Positions 23,972 through 60,473 of a DNA stretch of 64,000 nucleotides are shown here, piece after piece. Below the pieces are notes generated by a model. That model made no database searches. It saw only the letters and a list, made by a program, of their open reading frames with translations, and was not told where the DNA came from. Position numbers and translations under genes: made by a program. Numbering within the stretch: the stretch's first letter is position 1; the number at the start of each line of letters is the position of its first letter. This stretch comes from Chrysomallon squamiferum. Taxonomy: Eukaryota > Animalia > Mollusca. Where the stretch lies: positions 7,006,001-7,070,000 of the forward strand of contig CM022673.1 in the NCBI GenBank assembly GCA_012295275.1. Direction: 5' to 3'.

Positions 23972-25400
23972 CTCAGATATACTAATTACTTATTGTTATT
24001 TCGTGTTTTTCTATACTTAAACATGTATGTAAGCCGCACCCAGAATTAAAACACAAAATGTGAAATATCGATAACATGTTTGAGGAATTTTTCTAGAATG
24101 TTATTAAAAAGTATTAGATTACTATAAAACTGCAGAAAGAATTTCACCAAAAACAGGCACACAATCTGTGATTATAAACTGGCGCTCTTTCCAATCTATT
24201 CGCAGGAGTTATTTCAGTTTTTTTAATTTTATTTTTACTTTTTTATTTTTTGCGAATGTTGAGCTACACAAATCTACGAGATTTAAGATGTATATGATTG
24301 GTATGAATTAATACTTTTTTTTTTCAAAATTATATTTTAGCCATAAAACTAACGGAATATATATATACATAAACACATGTAGATATAGATATAGATATTT
24401 TTTGTTTAAATATGTTTCAGCATTTCGTGAAAACACAATTATCGCATGAATTATTTTTCTTTATTTAGATTTTTACGTGTTGTGTTACGTTTCGCTGTTA
24501 AAGTTAACATCTTTTGTGTGACGATGATCTTACGAATACCGTCACACTTTTAACACTTTTTTGTTCTGTCAACTTTAAAATCGTGATTTTGTTTTTACGA
24601 TAGTCACAGAGGTTATAAACCTGCCAGGTTCACTTTATGGCCAGACCGTTTGAGTTTCCAGCGAGTGATGTATTTTATTAGTTGTTTCACGAAAGGGAAT
24701 GTACTCATCCTTTTGTCCTTCATATATCGCTTCTCGGTACTCAGCAAGAGACAGCAAAGTTTTATTTTTTTTTTTTTTTTTTTTCGTTTGTTTCTGGTTC
24801 ATACTACTAAAAGGATACAATGAATACATAAAGAGACTTTTGAAAATATGTATCTATGTCTACATAGTGATAGATTTGTATATAGATAGATTGAAAGATA
24901 TATAGTGAATGGATGCAGGTTGATTTTTCGGCATATTCTCCTGGCTGTGAACTCAAATTACAGACCAAATTAACTAAATTAGATAACACTGTAAAATATC
25001 ACGCCGATGTGAAGATATTTGTTTTCGTATTAAATCCAGGCTTACCAGTAATATAAATGAAAACGTTAACGTTATAAAGGCAACGTATTCAAATTATATT
25101 TCGACCGTGTTATTAAACATGATAATTATAACAGTCTTGAGTATGTTTGTGGTTGTAGGTGTATATGCGTGTCTTTGTGTATATGTATCTACGTATGAAT
25201 GAAATTATCTGTGTGTGAATGTTTGCATGTTTGTGTGTGTCTGAATGTGCATGCGTGTGAGTGTGTGCTGATATGTGTGTCTGTATGTCTTTATGTATGT
25301 ATGTATGTATGTATATATTTTGCAGGTATGTCTACAGACACAAACAAAAACAGAGATACACATACACACATATATAAATACACACATAAATATGTATGTT

Positions 25401-25478
<78 letters not shown>

Positions 25479-26000
25479 GATATACATATACATACATACA
25501 TATACACATATATCTATATACCTACATACAGTTGTATATATGCATATATTAAAACGCTTTTCCATTCAGTTCTAAATTCCTTCCTTCTTTCATCATTCAT
25601 TTATTGCATAACGTATTCAAACGAAAAGACACGACCTCACGAGTTCAGACATGTTTGACCTTTCCTCTTCATTACCCAGCAAACAAAAGAGAAGAAAAAT
25701 AACTGTCTGATGTCTAACATCTTTCTTCTATGTTACTAAATCCTTTTTAAACTTGTGAAAAAAAAAAAAAAAAAAAAAACAACACACACACATTACTGAA
25801 GGTTACTACTATAAAAGTACGTATGTAACGTTTCGCGGTTTCCTGGTGCGGTTTCCTGGTGTTGAGACGTTCGTGTGCAGAGTACTGTTAAGTACACAGC
25901 ATGCATCGAGACGCGAATGTGTTAATTGTTTTATCATGACCTGATAGAACTGAACATTCATGCCCCCAGCTGTGCCTATATCTCATCTGTATTATATCAG

Positions 26001-26081
<81 letters not shown>

Positions 26082-26377
26082 TTTTATTATAGATTAAAAA
26101 CAAGCTTGAGTTACAAGATTAAGAAGTAAAGATTTAGGAGTAAAGATGTTTATATACAACTGAAAATTTTTTATTGAAAAAAAAATAAAAAATAAAAAAA
26201 TAAAATAAAAAAAAAGACAATTGATATAAACTCACAAAAATAAAATAATAATAAAAAATAATAAAAAAAAAAAAAAACAAAAACAAAAATAAGATAATAT
26301 AATAAAATAACAACAATAACATCAATAGTAATAACAACAACAACAAGAATAAAAACAAGAACAACAATAATAAAATA

Positions 26378-26424
<47 letters not shown>

Positions 26425-26747
26425 TAGTAATAAATGACCAGGACTTGATACACCTGTTACTCTTGTTCTGTTGTTTACCTGTTAGATCAAGTTGTTCCTA
26501 TAATTACAAAATCAATGTGTACTTGGAGAACAAAGGACTCTAGTACAATAAGGCTCCCACAACGGTAAGCCGCAAGAAGGATACTTTTAAGCATGGAAAG
26601 CACTTATGGCGGTTGGCTGTTTTTATTTTCATTTCATTTAGTTGCTGCATGATTTTTTTTATTATATATTTTTTTTATCAAATTTTCATATGCAGTACGA
26701 GAATTACTTTTCATTTATTTTTTTTTAATGATATTTGTTTATTCTGT

Positions 26748-26795
<48 letters not shown>

Positions 26796-27410
26796 TGGAT
26801 ATATAATATCCTCGAAATGATTAATGTATTGTGTCCTTGGGTTATGATATTTCCTTATAAGGTAGAGTCACCGATATTCAGACCATAAACAATAAAATGT
26901 CGTGTTAAAGATCATTTAATTTTACATTATGACTCGTTACTAGATGTTGATATACTTCGTGACATGACGATTTTATATTAAGCAGCGATTTCGAAACAAC
27001 CTTTGAAAGAATAACTGTAAAAAGGTATTATTCGTCGAAGCGAATCGCATTGTCATTGTATCCTGAAATCCCGTCGACATTGTTTGCTCAGTATCGCGAA
27101 CAAGTTCATGTCGAGTTATCTACCTTGTACAATATTTTGACTGTCACAGCTCGGTAACGGAGTACAAAGGTGGGAGCGAGTTATTTGGGTTTCTTTGTCC
27201 AATCGTTAAACAGACACTGACGCAGAGTTATATTAGACATCAGTAACACACGTTTACCTGTATTGACCACAAACTACGTCTACCTTCTGACTAATCACAG
27301 TGTCACATGTATATATATACCCTTTCACACGACCATAACTATTATTAATGATAATAATAACAAAAATATGAAGTTATAATAATAAGAAAAAGCTGAAAGG
27401 GTTCGTCAGT

Positions 27411-27418
27411 TATAAATA
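27411..27418 (+). promoter_or_regulatory. TATA box of gene 3
   Basis: TATAAATA 59 nt upstream of the ATG at 27470, with an Inr-like gcattt about 30 nt downstream. Confidence 0.55.
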
Positions 27419-27469
27419 CCCGTAAAGACTGAAGCATCCGCATTTGTTGAATCGGTTATTGGATTAATT

Positions 27470-48132
<20,663 letters not shown>

Positions 48133-48331
48133 ACCAGCACGTTATTGAAAAGTACGCATAATGTTACGTATAGCGTACATTTATTTTCGTTAAGTTTGAC
48201 GTCTGTCGCGTTTTGTTCTTGTCCCACAGTGCCTTGCGTTCACGTGTGCTCTTCGAGAGAAAGGTGACAGCTCCTTAATTATTATCTGTGATATCTGTGA
48301 CATTGTAGAGAAAAACTATGAAATTGTTATT

Positions 48332-48400
<69 letters not shown>

Positions 48401-48980
48401 CACACATATAATATTACATTAACAGGTCAATTTGTTTTTCGAAAACAATTATCTGATCTTGAAATGAGTAAACAAATGAATGTGTTACAGAGAACAAAAG
48501 AAAAAAAAAAAAAAAAAAAAGAAAAGAGATAGAGAGAGAAAAACAGAAGGACAGAAAAAGAGAGAGAGAGAGAGAGAGGATATGATTTAATAATTAATAG
48601 GATGAAAAGATTTCCAGTTGTCTATCGGTGTCAAAAACATTTCTTTTTAAACATATTTTGTGATCGTATGAAATTATTTAAGAAATCATTATATGACGCA
48701 GTATTACGTTCCCTGACTTTCAATGTACCGGGTCGCCTCCATGCATCATAGGATCTCGGAATTCATTCAAAAGAAGAAGAAGAAAAAAGAAAATCACACT
48801 TAATAACCAACAGCCATAAAATACGCTCAACTTGCCTGTATGATTCATGATTCATCAGTTAAATAAGGAACATTTTCTTAATCATCCGTTTTTTTTTAGA
48901 AAAATGGAAAGCTAAAAGAATAGCTAACTACCACTAACAATAATTATGTATCAGTATTGAGTACTATGACACACACACAC

Positions 48981-49039
<59 letters not shown>

Positions 49040-49561
49040 GAGATGTGTAGATTATAACATATTTCACATAGATTCTCTATCATATTCTTATTTCAGGTAA
49101 ATTTCAAATTTGTTTTATTTTTAGTTAATTTTATTTTCTGTCAAAAAGTGTTACTGTTTAGTAGCTAGAGAAACGAAGACTAGAAAATTACCACAATGAA
49201 TCTTGAGCAATCCTGCTGGGGTTCGCGAAATAAGCTCTCGATATTTTTGTAAATATATTTATTTTTTTATATGTATATGTATATTTAATGAAAACATCTC
49301 CTCTTATTTATAAGATGTTTTGGGTAAATATTTTAATATTTTTTGGTTGGCGTTTCCTTGTTCTAAGTCCAGAATTCCTTATATATTTTTTACAATAATA
49401 TTCGCAATAGTTGTGTCATTTTGGTTGACAATCACAATGTTATCATGCATTTAATTAACCTTCCTTTTTAATTACCAGAGCATCCTTTATTTATTTATTT
49501 ATTTATTTTTTTTTTTTGTTTGTTTGTTTGTTTGTTTGTTTGATTTATTTATTTATTTATT

Positions 49562-49772
<211 letters not shown>

Positions 49773-50924
49773 TATTAGTAATTAATATACTTTGGTCTAA
49801 CAGACATCCACCCCGCTGGTCGGGGGTCCCTGAAAAATAATTTATAATGTATATATTATTATTATTATTATTATTATTGTTATTGTACAGATCTACATAC
49901 TGTACATATATTTATATTAAAACTGTACATATTATAAATAATAAGCTAGTACGTGCTATCATGTACATATAGTTTTTACTGAGCTGGTCTCAGTTATAAT
50001 TTTACTTATCTTGAAGTAATGGGTATAAATAAAGTTTCTTTGTTATTAATTATGTTTTCGTTATTAAATAGTTTCTCACGTGGAAAATAACCCTCAGTAA
50101 TGCATTATGTGCTTTATTTCGCTGTGTGTATGGACGTAACCAGCTGGTCCATGTGTTAAACATCTGTTTGGAAATAAAACGAAATACATGTGTTGATATA
50201 AATGCTCGGTTTGATGAACTATTCAGAATGTATGCAGTATAAGATTTTATTTATTTATATTTACTAAACGTTATTAAAATTCGAGGGATAAGATCTGTTG
50301 TGATGTCGGTATACACAAAGTACAGACTGCCAGCAAATCATTTTTAATAGAAATGTTTTAACGTTTGGAACAGTAAACTGAAGTCAAGTCGACATAGAAA
50401 AGAAATTCAATCATCTCAAATAACATGAAAAGACTGAGTCGATAATAAAACTAAACTAATTTACATTCAGCTGTTTCTTGTTTATACATACAACTATTTT
50501 TTTTTTTTTTTTTTGTATAAAACATTATTTGCTTATTCATCTCCTTCTTCTCCTCCTCTTCCTTCTACTACTACTACCACTACTGCTACTGCTACTACTA
50601 CAGGCACATTATTATTATTGCTACTGCTACTTTTATTACTATTACTAACACTGCAACAACCAATACCCCAAGACCACCACCCCAACATCACCCCCCTTAT
50701 CTTCCTCTACTGCAACCGCCACTACCACTACTATCACTAATACTACTACTACATCATCAACAGCCGCAACAGCAGCAGCAAAAACAACAACAAGAACAAT
50801 AACAACTACTACTACTACTACTAATATTTGTTTTGATAAAAAGTCGTTGATAAATAGGTTGCTTATACGATAGTTACTTTTAATAAATGCAAAAATAAAC
50901 AAATCTCAGATTGCTGTCAGTATA

Positions 50925-51230
50925 AAGTGGTGACCAGCACTCACTGATTGAAGCGCTTGCCTGATGCACTGGAGATGGTAGGATCGTTTCTCCTCAGTAC
51001 TTTGATTTTTAGAACATCCATTTTTAACCCACTGGTACATTGAAGGGCCTAGTTAGTATGTGCTTTCTTGGCAAAGTGAACAGTTTTATTAAATGTTAAT
51101 CGATAAAAATAATCCATATCATGACTACAATGGCTTTCCTCCACAGCGTTATCATTAAAGAAGTTAAAATATATATTTTTATAATCAATAAGTGATACAA
51201 TTAGTATGTTCCAAGATGATGTTAAAGAGT
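50925..51230 (+). mobile_element. More decayed copy of the same SINE-like element
   Basis: tRNA-like head (aagcgcttgcctgatgcac..taggatcg) followed by actggtacattgaagggcc..tatgtgct, similar to 59300-59340. Confidence 0.35.
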
Positions 51231-51322
51231 TAATCGATTTAAATCCCCAGAATATATGGAGGGAATAACTGATTACTGTCTGAAGATATATTCATTTTTT
51301 TTTTCAAAAGACCATATTTTTA

Positions 51323-51419
<97 letters not shown>

Positions 51420-51650
51420 AGACACATACTCAGTCTCTGTCTGCTTGAACATACACATTTGCCTACTCACTCTATCTCTGTCTCTTTCCCTTCTCTCAAT
51501 GTCTCTCTCCCGCATAATCACACACACACACACAAACTGATATATACAGAAATAAACCTATGTGCAAAAACATACACACACCCAAATATACACAAACATA
51601 CACACACACAAATACTCTTTCTCTCTGTATGTCTTTCATTCACTCTGTTG

Positions 51651-51735
<85 letters not shown>

Positions 51736-52005
51736 GGGAATAACAGGTTACTGTCTTAAGATATCTGCGTAGGCTGGAATGCCCAGCTGCATTCCATACT
51801 CGACCTGAGGAAGATAAAGCTGATACATTAATAAAACAACCAGTTATTTCTTTTGTCCTGCAAACTTAAAAAAAAAAAATAATAATACAAAAATTAAATG
51901 AAATTATCCCTTATTTTATTTTCTGATCGTACCGTTCCGGAAAATAGTAAATTCACACATACTGATTTAGTTATCTCGTACAAAATATATACAATATTTA
52001 GAGGC

Positions 52006-52036
<31 letters not shown>

Positions 52037-53119
52037 CAGTTAAAACCGTTTCGAAAACGATCATCCAAAATTCTAAACCAGCAATTAAATAAATTAATCC
52101 ACTGAGAAAACTCAGCACATCTGAAACTTTAATGAAAACAGTAATACATATTATTTTACTGTGTTACAGAAACACACTTATAAGCGCGTATCGGTTGAAT
52201 ATGATACGACAAAAACTGCCTTCTGCGCATGTACATCAATAACTGCGATGAGGAGAGATCAAAGGGGAATTACTCTGTTTGAAGATATATATCGTCATTT
52301 GATTAGTCAGTTTATGGAACTTGCGACTTGATCTGGAGAGATTTGGAAGCCCTTTGGGAAAAACCTTAGAAATATGATATTATTATTTCCAATATCTCTT
52401 TTTTTTTTTTCTTGCATTAATTCTTGCTTTTGTTTTATTAATTAATTAGTTAACCTATATCGAATTTTTCTTTCATCAAACTGTTGTCGTTGAAAATACT
52501 TTAAAAGATAAATTATTTGTAATTAAAAAAAAAAAATAAATAAATAAATTTAAAAAAATGATCTAAGACAGCAGTAGTAGTAGTACTATTATTATTATTT
52601 AAAAATTCAAAACGAAAAAAGAAATTATTTCTCACTGTAATATGTAAAATATCAAGTTATAATATAAAAACCCACAAAACCCACAAAAACCCCACAACAA
52701 ACACACTTTTGTTTGAATTATTATTAAAATATAACGAATTAAAGTGGTCATTCATCACGACATATATGCCCTGTACCCATGACTTTCCTTGATCCAGCTC
52801 ACGGACACACACACTGACCGATATTTGAAAACACTGAGACAAAAACTCATTTGAATAATTTCATCAAACTTTTAGATCAGACTTATTATCTCGGCATAAA
52901 TCCATATTAACTGACTATAAATAAATATGTCTACACAATTTACCTACTTCGTAAGTAAATGCCATTCCGTAGATTAAACAATAATTCTGTCTCGGCTCTC
53001 GTGGTTTAATTTGATTGCTTGTATTTCACTGAATAACAAAATAAAACCAGAGCCAACGTAAAGAGAAAAGGAGAAATAAAAATAAAAATGTATATAAAGG
53101 TAAAAATAATATCAAAGGG

Positions 53120-53495
53120 ATATGTATGTTGTGCATGTGTTCTTGTCTCTATGTATGTAAGGGTTGTATCTCTGTGTTTGTACGTATGTAAGTGTTATGT
53201 CTGTGTATTATTTGTTTGTATGCATGTAAGGGTTGTATCTGTTTGCTTGTTTATATGTATATAAGTATTTGCGAATTTGTTTATATGCATTGTAAGTGTT
53301 GTATCTGTGTTTTTGTTTGTGTGTATGTACGTTTTGTATCTGTATGTTTCTATATAGTTATGTTAATGTTGTATCTGTGTGTTTGTTTCCAGGTATGTAA
53401 GTGTTGTATGTGTTTTTAATGTACATATGTAAGTGTTGTATCTGTTTGTATGTATGTGTGTAAGTGATGTATCAGTGTGTTTATTTATATGTATG
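53120..53495 (+). repeat. Degenerate ~30-bp minisatellite (tatgtaagtgttgtatctgt core)
   Basis: Core tgtaag(t/g)gttgtatctg recurs about ten times. Confidence 0.7.
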
Positions 53496-53568
53496 TTAGA
53501 GTTTTTTTCCAAAAATAATGAGAAAAAGAAAGAGATCTAAAGAAAGACAGAGAACACAGCACAAACAG

Positions 53569-53723
<155 letters not shown>

Positions 53724-54721
53724 CACCATACATACATTTATCTCAGAAAAGAAAAAAGAAAAAACTAAATACGGAATTATATAAAGAAAACATGTAACTA
53801 TTCTCTTCAGACTAATATGTTTTGACTTAACCAGTTCTTTATCCTTTTCATAAATTCAAATTCTTTCAAATGGAGTTATTTACCCTTGAATATTCTTCAA
53901 TCACCTGTCCTGAAGGCTGGAAAATAAAATCAGCCCTTGAACTTGTGAACAGTCTACTGTCCAGAAGTCAAGACTCCACTTAGGTTTTTTTAAATATATT
54001 CTTTTTGTTTTTAACAATTCACTCATCTACTTTTTAAAATTATTTGACTGAGTGAGACTGAGAACTCTCTCTCAGTTGTCAGACTAAATTAAAATAATGA
54101 CACTGAAGTTTTTATTTGTACTAGCGCACATTTGACGAACAGCTGCAAAAAGGATGCTGAAGACTCACTTCAGTTTTTGCAGTTCGTCTGTCTGTTTTGA
54201 CTGCGTCATTGTAGTCCAGGACAATCATTCAGTACAAAGTAATGTTGTATGTGTCGTAGACAAAAGCCTTTTTATACTTTTCAACAAAGAAAGAGGGTAA
54301 GTGGAAAATTGTATTGTCTTTGTTTCAGTACTGATTTAAATTTAGAAAAATAACAAAACAAACCAAAAAAGAAGTAAATATTATAAAGTAAATAAATGAA
54401 TAAATGAATGAATGAATAAACAAAAATAAAAGCAAAAACATATTTTTTTTTTGTTTTAAGGAAATAATGTTTGTCATCATCACTGTCATTATCTTCGGTA
54501 AAGACATGGGTGTAGTAAAATAAATGAATGAATGAATAAAATGATGATAAATGCATTACAAACATAGAAGCATTACTTCTTTTGGTGGATATGTAATAAA
54601 TGGGTATAAGAAAATTAGAATATATGTACATTTAAACACAATAGCAATTACAACGACAACAACAACAACAATAAAAATAATGAAATGAAATGAAATAAAA
54701 CAAAATAAATAAACTGATTAA

Positions 54722-54765
<44 letters not shown>

Positions 54766-56313
54766 GGTCACCATAAGCAAATTAAATTACAGACTGTCTG
54801 GACTCTACCCTCCCTCAACCGCACCCCCAAAAATCCTGTTCACCAACAAGACGATCATTCCTCTTAAATTTACAAACGCATCAAAACCCGAAAACGCAAC
54901 CAACAACCTTCCAGTGACGTGACACACCACTTGGATTTCCTGTGTCCTCTCTATAATGAATGCCGTAGTCGTCGAGGAAGCCACTAATGACGATGAACAA
55001 GATCATCGAGCCAGAAGAGAAGAGATCACACACAGATTTTTATAATCGCAATCTGAAACTACTGGAGAGGAATATGGCGGTAAAGACACGTCCCGGGAAC
55101 CGTTGAACTGGCACTAATAACTACACAGTGTAACCAGAGGACACGACTTTCTGCGAAATGAATCTCGAGTATCAAATAAACAAGCTGACCCAAAAATCAT
55201 CGGGTTATCTGATAAAATATTGCTTGTCGGCACAGCGGTTCAGTTTTTCTGAAGTTTTTGTTATTTGATGTTTGCGTGGCTAGTTTGATTCTACAATTTT
55301 GTTTTAATAATTGTGTGTGTGTGTGTGTGTGTACGTGTGTGTGTAAATAAATAATAAATAATACAAAATAAAAGTAATAAAAATGAAATAAAAAAATAAA
55401 AGAAAAAGAACCCCAAAAGGATATCTGTAACATATTGGCTGTCGCATATTAGTTCAGTTTTCTAAGTCTTGTTGCTTGTGTTTTCTGTCTGTTATCATTA
55501 ATTTCGAATATCATATTCAAAAGCTGACCACAAATCATCGTGTTGTCTGTTAGTAGTAACCTGCTAATTCATTTCTTCTGTGGAGAAGGAAGTTTCTTCT
55601 GTTTGTGACTGTAAAAAAAAGTATTAATTATTTAATCTTAAAGCGATGGTAGATCACTAGAGGATACCAAACTGAGAAAGAGGTCAAACGGTGTTTAGCA
55701 AAGAGGGCTGGGTAAGATGTTTTTTCATTTTGAAAAATGAGAATATTTCAGATACAAAATAATTATCGCGAATAAATCTATAATTTATTAAAAAAAAAAG
55801 GACTACATTTATAAAAGCAACAGCACCATCATTACTAACAAAAGCAACGACAACAGTAATATAGGTAATGATGATGATGCTGATAATAATAAGAAGAAAA
55901 AAAGAAAAGAAAAAGGAGATGAATATTAATAATAGTAATAACACTAGAACAACAGCAACAGCAACATCAGCAGCAGCTGCAGTAGTAATAGTAATAGTAG
56001 TTGTAGTAGTAATAATAGTAACAGTTGCAGCCGTATTAGTAGTAATAGTAATAGCATTAGTAGTAGTAATAATAGTAGTAGTAGTAATAGTAATAGTAGT
56101 AGTAGTAATAGTATAGTGGTAGAACTAGTAGTACAAGTAGAAGTAGTAGTAACGATACTAATGTAATAAATGAATATGTTGTTTGTATGCCTTTGTCTGC
56201 TAAATATAGATGTGCATGACGTCATACAATGACATGACGTCTTCGCATTATTTAAACTAGTAAAGTTTTAATCTACTGCTTTCTTCGATAAAGGTATGTA
56301 TATTCAGAATAAA

Positions 56314-56367
<54 letters not shown>

Positions 56368-56519
56368 TTGTATAAGAACTATGGATTGCTGCTTACCAGA
56401 ATAATTAAACTGATACAATCCTTTCTAACAGAATATAGAGTATAAATATTAATACAAGCATTTATTTAGAAGGAATGTTAATATAATTCTGAAATTTTAA
56501 TTTTAATTTATTGAAGAAA

Positions 56520-56601
<82 letters not shown>

Positions 56602-57993
56602 ACTGTTGTACTTTCCAATAATATCTGATTATCTTTGAAAGATATTAAATAATAATGATGATGGTGATGATGATGATGATGATGACAATAATAAAAATAA
56701 AAAATAATAATAATAAAACAAATAACAATCAAATTAATATTAAAACTACATGATAGCTGATACTTACACAGTATAACTAAGCAGTGTATCCAGTAACCCT
56801 CTGCTATAACTATCGATTGCAAAGTAATTACGGGTTATGTTTCTTTCTAAATACTTCGTGTAGTCTAATGAAGCAATTTTCTGGAATTTATTGCAGTTCA
56901 CTTTATTTTTTTTTTTTTTTTTTTTTTTTAACTTTTATTACTTTTATTTATTTTTTTAAAAACCTCAAAAACACTTGCATTAAATTGAAATAGAACAGAA
57001 AATAATAAATAAATAAATACATAACGATAATAATAATAATAGTTATAATAATATAAAATAAAAAAATAAACAAACAACAGCTCCCCAAACCAAACCAAAG
57101 AAACAAAAGAAGTAGTTTATCGATTAAACTGTTTCGAAACGCGATATCACACAATAGTATTATTGTTGATAGGCGCTGAAATACATGTTGGTAATGCAAT
57201 ATTTCTGTCAGAATATGTTTAAGGAACGTATTTTGTTTTTTTAAATAACAAACCAGAAAACAACTTTAATTTTATATTGTAATTTTATATTGCTATTTGA
57301 TGTTGTTTATTATTATTATTATTATTATTATTATGATGATGATGATGATGATGATGATGATTATAATGATGACGTTGATAATGATAGTGGTAATAATTAC
57401 ATTTGATAAATGGTGTAGAATGCAGAAAGCGCATTTAAATATATTATTGAGAACGAATATACAATGCATTTAGTTGCAGCCGGTACCAGAAAACGATCTC
57501 GGAACCTAACAGTTAACCACAAAGTCTTAACCAATCCGAATGTTGCCTCGTAAGTGTTACCTACAATTCTCTATAAACTGTACCTGTGTTTCAAAGTTCA
57601 TTGTCCCCTTTTCCTCTCAGTATCGATGGAATCGGGGCAAAAGCGTTTCACAGCCTAAGACGGCACAATGTCCTAAACAGGAATAAACCAAGCCAAATGT
57701 GTTTAGCGACACTGTAATCGAATACTTGGCCTGCGTGGTGAATTCCACAAATTGGTTTCATAGTTGAATTTGTACATTGATTCTTTGCTCACAAAGACAG
57801 CGAGGTCAAGAAGACTGTGTGTCTTCTTGAATAAATTTTCCTTTTTCTTTTTCTGTTCCTATTCTTGCAGTTCTGAATTTATTTACAAGTTAATCTGCAA
57901 TACAGCATACTCTCTGGTAGATTTAGTGTCCTCACAGAACTCTGGATCCATCCATATCTGTATGTGTATAATTTTAACACTTGCGTACAATCA

Positions 57994-58090
<97 letters not shown>

Positions 58091-58392
58091 ATCATATTTT
58101 ATATATTTGTACACCACAAACATATTCACGAGGATTCATACGGCCATGGATCTCCGGAAGCAACTATACACACATATGTACAAGTACCTGCCTACGCACA
58201 GCGAACTATTTTCAAAAATATATTGGAGATGAGATGATTAATATCGTTTTTATTACAATTTAATTGATTTTCTAGGGAAAAGGTAATATGTAAGGTTTAT
58301 ATCGATGTTAACATTTGTATATCTAAAAAAAAAAAAAAAAAAAAAAGTGAAATAAGAAGGCATGCTTTAAGAAGACTTTCTATTTAAAATTT

Positions 58393-58427
<35 letters not shown>

Positions 58428-58974
58428 TTTTTTGGATTAGAGGAACATGACAACAAAAATGTATTTTACTGTCATTTGCATGAACCAGTACAATTTATGT
58501 GTTAAATTTGTTAACATCTACATACTCTGAAACCTTTCTAGACCCGCTGCACCAACTTAAATCTACCTTCCTACCATTACAGTCACTTTGAGCTATTTTA
58601 ATTGCGACTGACGTCAGAACCGTTTTACTATCCTGCATTTCCTAAGATGATGTGTTGTGACATCAGATTTCAAAGATACCGTGGTATTTATTCAAGGTAT
58701 TGGTTATGTTAGTAAAATGTTCGTGTTAGGATTAACATTCGTATGTTGGTGGATGGTGAAATTTGATGACCGCAGTTAACATGGTTTCTTTGCGTTGACG
58801 TTGATACAGTCTATGTCATTGTCTTTATTGTGCAATAAAAAAGCAGTAAGGCGCTGCTTAATTTAAAGTGTAACTTGGTGTTTTACAAGACTTTTAATGT
58901 GTAGGCGAAATACAGATTCAGTTTTGTATTTGGCGCACGTGCCATTCTATAAAATCGAATCAAAAATAAAATTA

Positions 58975-59027
<53 letters not shown>

Positions 59028-59219
59028 ACAAACACGCACACAGACACACACACACACACATACACAAACACACACACATATATATATATACATCAAGTCA
59101 CGATGTTTAAATTCAGGTAAAACATAAAGTGTATGTTAATATCATTTGATAGCTAGCATGATCTGTTAGACTTAATGTGATTTTTCACTTTGAAACTTAT
59201 CAGCAGATTATCGTTTGAC

Positions 59220-59495
59220 TGCAAAATGCTGACTCGCGGCATTGTTGGGTCATAGGTTAAATCTTAAGCGTTCACACTAGATTCTTATCCGCACTAGCCA
59301 ATGTCATACATCAAATACCGTGGTATGTGCTTCGCTGTCACTGGGAAGGTACCCATAAAAGATACCTAGCTGCTATTTGAAAAAATAGAACTTTTGCATG
59401 AAATTAAACGATTTCCTGTCCGGTTTTCTGTTCAGTTCTGTAATCCATGCACCAAAATTAATTTTAGTGTTTATTAAATAAAACATTTTTAAATT
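59220..59495 (+). mobile_element. Degenerate SINE-like element
   Basis: catcaaataccgtggtatgtgcttcgctgtcactgggaaggtacccataaaagatacctagctgcta resembles, from recall, the conserved central (V-type) domain of invertebrate SINEs; ends in ttaaataaaacattt. Needs a Dfam/Repbase check. Confidence 0.5.
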
Positions 59496-59854
59496 TGTTT
59501 TTCAATTTTTAATATTTGACAAATTATAGATTCATTTTATATTCATTAGAATATTAATATAAAAACACCAGTTTGTACAATAACGTCATTATGAAAGCTT
59601 CTTTATATGGAAATTTAATATAATAGTTTTGTGAAACGAAATTTAATTTCGAATTTGCATTACAAAAAGCAAAAAAATATTTGTTTAAAGTAAAACTTAA
59701 TATCATCCCTAAAGTTTATTCGGTTTCTTTATAGTGTTTGACGATTAGAATTATGGCTATTAAGAAACAAAAAAACATCAAATTACAATGAAATAATATT
59801 AAATTTAATAATAATAATAACAACAACAACAACAAAAATAACAATAACAACAAC

Positions 59855-59900
<46 letters not shown>

Positions 59901-60434
59901 TGATGATGATATTGATGATTATAAGTGTACTTGTTATATATTACTGATAAATAAAACTACTACTATAACTACTAGATAATAAGTAATAATTGTTACAGAT
60001 TAGTAACTATTCTTATAACAGCAGTAGTAGTTGTAGTAATAATAGTAGAAATAAAAAATAGTAATATTAGCTATTATAGCAGTAACAGTTAAAATTCGTT
60101 TTAATAGTAAAAATGATTATATTAACTGTATTAAAAACGTTCAGAAATTTAACTCGAAACTCATCTACCACCATTCCGCAACCTTCGCCAACAAGGAAGA
60201 CTGAGAAAATCGCCATTAATGTCTGAACCCCAGTGATTCTATCAGACATCAATTAATACGTTTTGACTCACAACATTAACTTCTGGTCACATTTGCCAGT
60301 TTCGGAAAGCCAGCGCTGCAGTCTGAACCATAAATCCATCACTGCAATAATTCCTATCATTTGAGATCACGCAATCAGGGCATCGAGACAGGTAATTATA
60401 GACGAACTGATATTATTGACACTAAATAATAAAA

Positions 60435-60473
<39 letters not shown>

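Noticed and set aside
52255-52370. NF-kB-like sites (ggggaattac, gggaaaaacc)
   Set aside because: Short motifs with no linked transcript; could occur by chance.
54880-55160. GC-richer island with a short minus-strand ORF (MILFIVISGFLDDYG..)
   Set aside because: No recognisable motif and no consistent splice structure.
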